64,000 nt of DNA from Eledone cirrhosa (lineage: Eukaryota): NCBI GenBank assembly GCA_964016885.1, contig OZ024741.1:55366001-55430000 (forward strand). The letters are read 5' to 3'. The notes beneath the pieces were generated by a model. It did not search any database. It saw only the letters and a program-made list of their open reading frames with translations, and was not told the origin of the DNA. The position numbers were made by a program, and so were the translations under genes. This document shows positions 58,238-64,000 of this stretch, in pieces; the stretch's first letter is position 1; every line of letters begins with the position of its first letter.

Positions 58238-58490
58238 ATAAGATAATTATTTCATTTACCAGTGGTTTCTTGAAAGCAAACATGTGTGTGTGCATGTGTG
58301 TTTATCTACTTTTATATTTTTTCTTTTTACTTTCCTTCTTCTGCCTCCAGCCTCACTTTCATATATATTATATTTTTGTTTTTAAAATCCACTGTCAATA
58401 AATACACCAGGATTTTTTCATTCTGATGACTGAAAGCAAATTTTGTTTGCTTTCAAGAAACCACTGGTAAATGAAATAATTATCTTATGA
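58238..58490. mobile_element. Foldback insertion; HHR at 58416-58476 (+)
   Basis: tttcatt CTGATGA c tgaaagcaaa-ttttg-tttgctttca a GAAA ccactgg TA aatgaaa; 58239-58282 is the inverted copy of 58444-58488. Confidence 0.85.
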
Positions 58491-58970
58491 AATTATGTTA
58501 AGACACAGTCACTTTTACATAATTGTTTTATTGCATATATATTTCAATGACATGGTTATGCAATCATTATATCATTAACTGTTCCCATGTGACATCTACA
58601 GGCGCTCATACAATTATGAGGTGTCGTTATGCACGTACGCAGATATGTGTGCATATATATAACTCAAAACATGCACATTCACATATACAATAACAACCAT
58701 ACCTGCACACACATGCACGCATGCATATCTGCCTAGGTGATGTTGATTAAATTCCAATGGAAGAGTCTTGCGTATGTTAAAATCCGACTCTCTCTCTATT
58801 GGTAAGAATTTATAAAATTATAAAACCAGAAGACCATACATACGAATATATATATATATATAAGTATTGAAGTTTCCGTTGAAAATTGAAAAAGTCATAG
58901 GAGTGAAGAGTGCTCTATGTAAGTACCAGAGCAAAATTTAATGTATAATAAACAATATTGTTTATTATAC

Positions 58971-59100
<130 letters not shown>

Positions 59101-59115
59101 GAGAGAGAGAGATAC

Positions 59116-59147
<32 letters not shown>

Positions 59148-59199
59148 GTGAGGTTTTTTTACAAAATGAAAAATAACCGAGGTGTCCTACACGAGTGAA

Positions 59200-59455
59200 A
59201 GTATAAAGAAAAAAAGATGAAATCGAAAATGCAACTGGAGTCTTATTTAAAAAAAATATATATATATTTATTTGGTTCCTTTACCGGTTTCGCATTTCTT
59301 CTGCTTTTCAAAAGTAGAGTTGAGATGGAGGGTCTGTGGTTTTTCTCACATTTGAGAAAAATCACAGACCCGGTAAAGGAACCAAATAAATATATATATA
59401 TATTTTTTAAATAAGACTCCAGTTGTATTTTCGGTTTTATCTTTTTTTCTTTATA
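59200..59455. repeat. Inverted repeat with a nested inner hairpin (59330-59371)
   Basis: ~59203-59288 pairs with ~59370-59455; no HHR core recognised. Confidence 0.8.
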
Positions 59456-59804
59456 TATATATATATAGTGGAGTGAGCATATATAGTCGGCATGTATTAG
59501 TTGTAAGAGAAGCTGCTAATGATCAAGAGAAAGCGATAGGAATCTACGGGTGTGATGATAGACAGGGTATTAAAAAAATTGGGGAGGTGAGTTGAGTCCA
59601 AGAGAGGAATAGGACCCAAGGCGGTGAATCAGATTTTGTTCAGTCCTTGTGCGCGAGGCCTGTGATCCATGAAGGACATCCAGGATTGAAACATGTAGGG
59701 AAGAATGACCAGGAGAACAGATATGACGGGCGACAGGAGTATCCAAACCGAGTGTTCGGCAAAACGGCCATACGGCGTCCCGTTTGTCCGATATATGAAG
59801 ATCC

Positions 59805-60477
59805 GCCGTAGATATCCCCTCACCCTGATCCAAGCTGCTCTCAGCCGCGCCTGTGTAAAAGACCGCACTACAGCCCTTTCAAACACCCGTGTTCCTTTCC
59901 CTCTCACCTACCACCCCATCACCCTACCACTCCGGTGACATATCCTCCGTTCCTTCCGTATCCTCTCTTCTGACCCCGCCACTTTTCGCTTTTTTCCAAA
60001 CCCACCCATTACTGCTTTTAAGCGCGCCCGCAACCTCCGCAACCTCCTGGTTCACAGTTCCTTTTCGTCCTCTCCCACGACTCCACCCAGCTCTCATCCT
60101 TGTTCCCGTTCCCGCTGCAACACTCGTCCCTTTATTTCCACCCTCACCACTCTTACAGGCCCTAACGGGTCTTTCCGTATCCGGCATTGCTTCACCTACA
60201 CCGGTGTTCCCTTTGCGGGTTTTTATATATCGTACAAACGGGACACCGTATGGCGGACCGTTTTGCGGAACATCTGAGGGACAGACCACGCGGTTTGGAT
60301 ACTCCTGTCGCCCGTCATTTCTATTCTCCTGATCATTCTTCCCTACATGTTTCAGTCCTGGGTGTCCTTTTACATAATGGATCACAGGCCTCGCGCAGCA
60401 GGACTGAACAAAATCTGATTCAACGCATTGGGACCTATTCCCCACTTGGACTCAACTCACCTCCTCAATTTTTCTAA
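59805..60477 (+). pseudogene. Neptune-type PLE thumb/linker plus GIY-YIG endonuclease (stop and frameshift)
   Basis: LTYHP...KRARNLRNLLVHS...PCSRSRCNT...CSLC..LYI(G)QTG..MADRFAEH...PVARHF...EQNLI..IGT.SP.GLN; the inverted copy retains YIGQTG. Confidence 0.88.
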
Positions 60478-60715
60478 TACCCTGTCCATCACCACACCCG
60501 TAGATTCCTATCGCTTTCTCTTGATCATTAGCAGCTTCTCTTACAACTAATACAGGCCGACTATATATGCTCACTAAACTTTTCCCTTCACCTGTATACA
60601 CACATACACACCCTTATATTAACATACTTTTGCTCATAGCTTCGTACTTACATGCACACACATTCTATTACTCACATATACACACACATTTCTTCTTAGC
60701 TTTGTCCGGACGTAT

Positions 60716-60802
<87 letters not shown>

Positions 60803-61044
60803 CACACACAAACACATGCTTACGCACGTGCCCAAGTATAGCTCTTTTTACAAACTTTTTTTTTCCATTTCAGGTAGACGCGCTCCATCATCCACAAAAC
60901 GCCACCACCAAATCATACACAAAACACCAGCACCAACAGTTTTGCAAGAGATGTCAACATAAATGGACCTGTTATTTTTATCTAAAGACATTTTTTCCAA
61001 TTCCATCCCGCCCGTCCACTCAATCTATCATATTTCTCATTCTT

Positions 61045-61080
61045 TCTTCTGATGAAGGACTAGCGTCCGAAACGTTAAGA
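61045..61080 (+). ncRNA. Minimal type I hammerhead ribozyme
   Basis: tctt CTGATGA a GGAC tagc GTCC GAAA cgt TA aga. Confidence 0.85.
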
Positions 61081-61164
61081 CCCTCTTCCTGCTATATCAA
61101 GCGTTAACCTAATATATCCCTTCCATATACTGTACTGATTGTGTTGTTATTTTTGTTTACCTTT

Positions 61165-61204
<40 letters not shown>

Positions 61205-61208
<4 letters not shown>

Positions 61209-61330
61209 GAAAAATTGAACAGGGACAGAACAGAGAGGCAGTACAATAAATATTTATTAAATTCACGCTCAGGAGAGTGGGGGTAGGTGGGGGGCGACGT
61301 TTCGGGCATAAGCCTTTCTTCAGGTGAAGT
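61205..61330 (-). mobile_element. PLE-type 3' end with HHR remnant
   Basis: Minus strand reads CTGAAGA aaggc ttat gccc GAAA cg TC; tail homologous to 10780-10846. Confidence 0.65.
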
Positions 61331-61369
61331 ATATATATATATATATATACTGTATATATATATATATAT

Positions 61370-61705
<336 letters not shown>

Positions 61706-61842
61706 TATATGTGTACATATATATATATATATCTAGTAACATTTATATACACACAGATGCATATCAATGCTAGCAAATATATAGGTTTTGTCTTATTAAC
61801 ATTGTGGTTCAATGCATGGGGTTGCAGAACAATAGTATGAGT

Positions 61843-62523
61843 GACGTAAAATAAGGAAATTATAAAATTAACTTACTTACTAAAAATCACTTCCAACTAA
61901 TTAGTTTCTGGAATGGAGTAAATATATTTTCCGAAGAAGAATATAGAAAATCATTCCGTCATCAGGAAAGTCTTTTTCCGTGTAAGTCTCCAGGCATAGC
62001 GAGGACTCTGGAAACTTATTAAAAAATAATTCATTGTGGTTCAATGCAAGGAAATAGCGAAGCGTGGACTGGATTCCTAGCCATTGAGAAAATCACAAAT
62101 GTTACTAGATATAAATTCCTTATAATTATCTCCAATTCATTTGTCGAGCAATATTTGGCCATGACTGCTACTATGGTAGTAGGCTGGCCGCTGTCTTATG
62201 AACCACTCGCTTTCCACTGATTGACCTCGATGTCACGTGATTGATTCTTTTTGAATTTGCCACAGACGTAGAGGCAGTGATTTTCTCAATGGCTAGGAAT
62301 CCAGTCCACGCTTCGCTATTTCCTTTCCACTGAATTATTTTTTAATAAGTTTCCAGAGTCCTCGCTATGCCTGGAGACTTACACGGAAAAAGACTTTCCT
62401 GATGACGGAATGATTTTCTATATGTTTCTTCGGAAAATATATTTACTCCATTCCAGAAACTAATTAGTTGGAAGTGATTTTTTAGTAAGTAAGTTAATTT
62501 TATAATTTTCTTATTTTACGTCT
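61843..62523. mobile_element. Foldback insertion with ~250-bp arms; HHR at 62393-62475 (+)
   Basis: actttc CTGATGA cggaatg...cattcca GAAA ctaattag TT ggaagt; stem III is the palindrome ACTAATTAGT. Confidence 0.88.
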
Positions 62524-62525
62524 CT

Positions 62526-62708
<183 letters not shown>

Positions 62709-62739
62709 ACACGGGTGTGTATGATTGTGTATAGAAGAT

Positions 62740-63126
62740 TATATTAATAAAAGGAATTCCAACTTTGTCTGATTTACTCGTTTTATTTACAATCCTTTAA
62801 AATTTATAATGATATTAGAATGAAATAGTATGGTAGAATATTAAATGTTAAATGTTAATTGAACAAGTAATTTCATGCTTTCGCAATCTTCAGGTTTATA
62901 TTCTGTGGTGACAGTCAAGTTTGCAATTTTCAACAGTTGAAAATTGCAAACTTGACTGTCACCACACAATATGAACCTGAAGATTGCGAAAGCATGAAAT
63001 TACTTGTTCAATTAACACTTAACATTTAATATTCTACCATACTATTTCATTCTAATATTATGAATTTTAAAGGATTGTAAATAAAACGAGTAAATCAGAC
63101 AAAGTTGGAATTCCTTTTATTAATAT
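62740..63126. mobile_element. Near-perfect ~385-bp palindrome; HHR at 62972-63010 (+)
   Basis: Centre near 62936; tgaac CTGAAGA t tgc-gaaa-gca t GAAA ttac TT gttca. Confidence 0.88.
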
Positions 63127-63157
<31 letters not shown>

Positions 63158-63179
63158 TAAAATAACAGATTAAAGTTAC

Positions 63180-63452
63180 CCTCTAAGAAGGAATATGACG
63201 TCACTTTCAGCTTATATCTGGAGTTTAAAAGACAACCACACCCAATATAAGTTACACTGGGAGATCCTAGCTAGGGCTAGATCGTATAACGGAAATAAAA
63301 GACCATGTGACATCTGCGCCGCTGAGGCCCTGGAAATACTCTACGCCACAGACCACATCTTAAACAAAAAATCTGAGGCAATTTCGGCTTGTAAACATAA
63401 ATTGCACAAAACTTTCCTGTATTACAGCCCCACGTTATACCCTAACGGATAG
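63180..63452 (+). pseudogene. Hydra-like PLE GIY-YIG C-terminal half; element probably continues past the window end
   Basis: TSLSAYIWSLK...WEIL...CDICAAEALEIL...ILNKKSE...CKH aligns by eye to 5699-6076. Confidence 0.85.
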
Positions 63453-64000
63453 TACGATTTATACGTGGATATTTTACGTCTTGATGTGGGAGCTAAGTAT
63501 ATGTTATGTTTATTCCTTTACTTATTTGCATAGGTAAGTATGCTTTACCCGTTTGTTTTGTGAAGGTACGTATACCTTCTCGTACGTATATTTGATTGTT
63601 TTGGCGTATAATTTGATATATTCTGGTACATAGGGTTTGGTTATGTGTATACGGGAGTTTTGCGTCTGTGTGAGTATGAGGGTTCGTACGTATGGTGGGT
63701 GTGGGTATACGTGTACTTCTTGTTTTAGTTGACTTACGTCTCCGAACATTCGTGTATTTATATGTAGGTATGTGTGTGCGCTTGTTATATACGTATTTAT
63801 TTATTTATATACGTTTATATAATTCTTTATATATTTGTATACACGCATACACACACACATATTTATATGTGCGTGGTTTTGTATACCTATGGTAAGGTTT
63901 TGCGTATGCTTGTGTATGTACTTATTTGTTTGCATGTATGTATTTATTTATTTCTATTACCTCTGTATTTATTTACTTGTTCTTAACTCTGTAGCGGAGA

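Larger units (their letters stand above)
59466..61170. mobile_element. Neptune-like PLE: inverted internal arm (59466-59806) plus sense 3' part (59805-61170)
   Basis: Left arm is antisense to ~60216-60575; the sense arm has the endonuclease and, further 3', an HHR. Continuity across 60575-61030 is inferred. Confidence 0.8.

Noticed and set aside
62740-63126. Amplification or sequencing chimera as the cause of the palindromes
   Set aside because: Arms differ by substitutions and indels, are bounded by TA-rich sites, and share a biological polarity. Read-level confirmation is still advisable.

Overview
Eukaryotic, AT- and microsatellite-rich, essentially gene-free DNA. The tRNA-derived SINEs resemble those of octopod cephalopods; this assignment is from recall, not a search. 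About 40% is tandem repeat: a 42-bp array at 1-2656 and a ~22-kb 33-bp satellite at 33247-55185 with kb-scale higher-order duplications. The long ORFs through these arrays are artefacts. Outside the arrays the dominant signal is more than 20 short insertions, nearly all in or beside (TA)n tracts, built as an antisense left arm plus a sense right arm. Many carry type I hammerhead ribozymes (HHRs), and several are physically tied to GIY-YIG remnants of Penelope-like elements (PLEs, Hydra-like and Neptune-like). Two of these insertions are non-coding head-to-tail multimers (595-bp and ~516-bp units, one HHR per unit) whose arms end at different phases of the unit. This is the footprint expected of ribozyme-bearing circular RNAs (retrozyme-like) copied from both ends of a (TA)n break. 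A GAGTRC(T/C) motif recurs in the 3' tails of otherwise dissimilar families. Also present: a young Tx1-type LINE with a TSD in (TC)n, an internally deleted Helitron, R4/Dong-like and RTE-like fragments, and SINEs. All structures were read by eye; boundaries are approximate.
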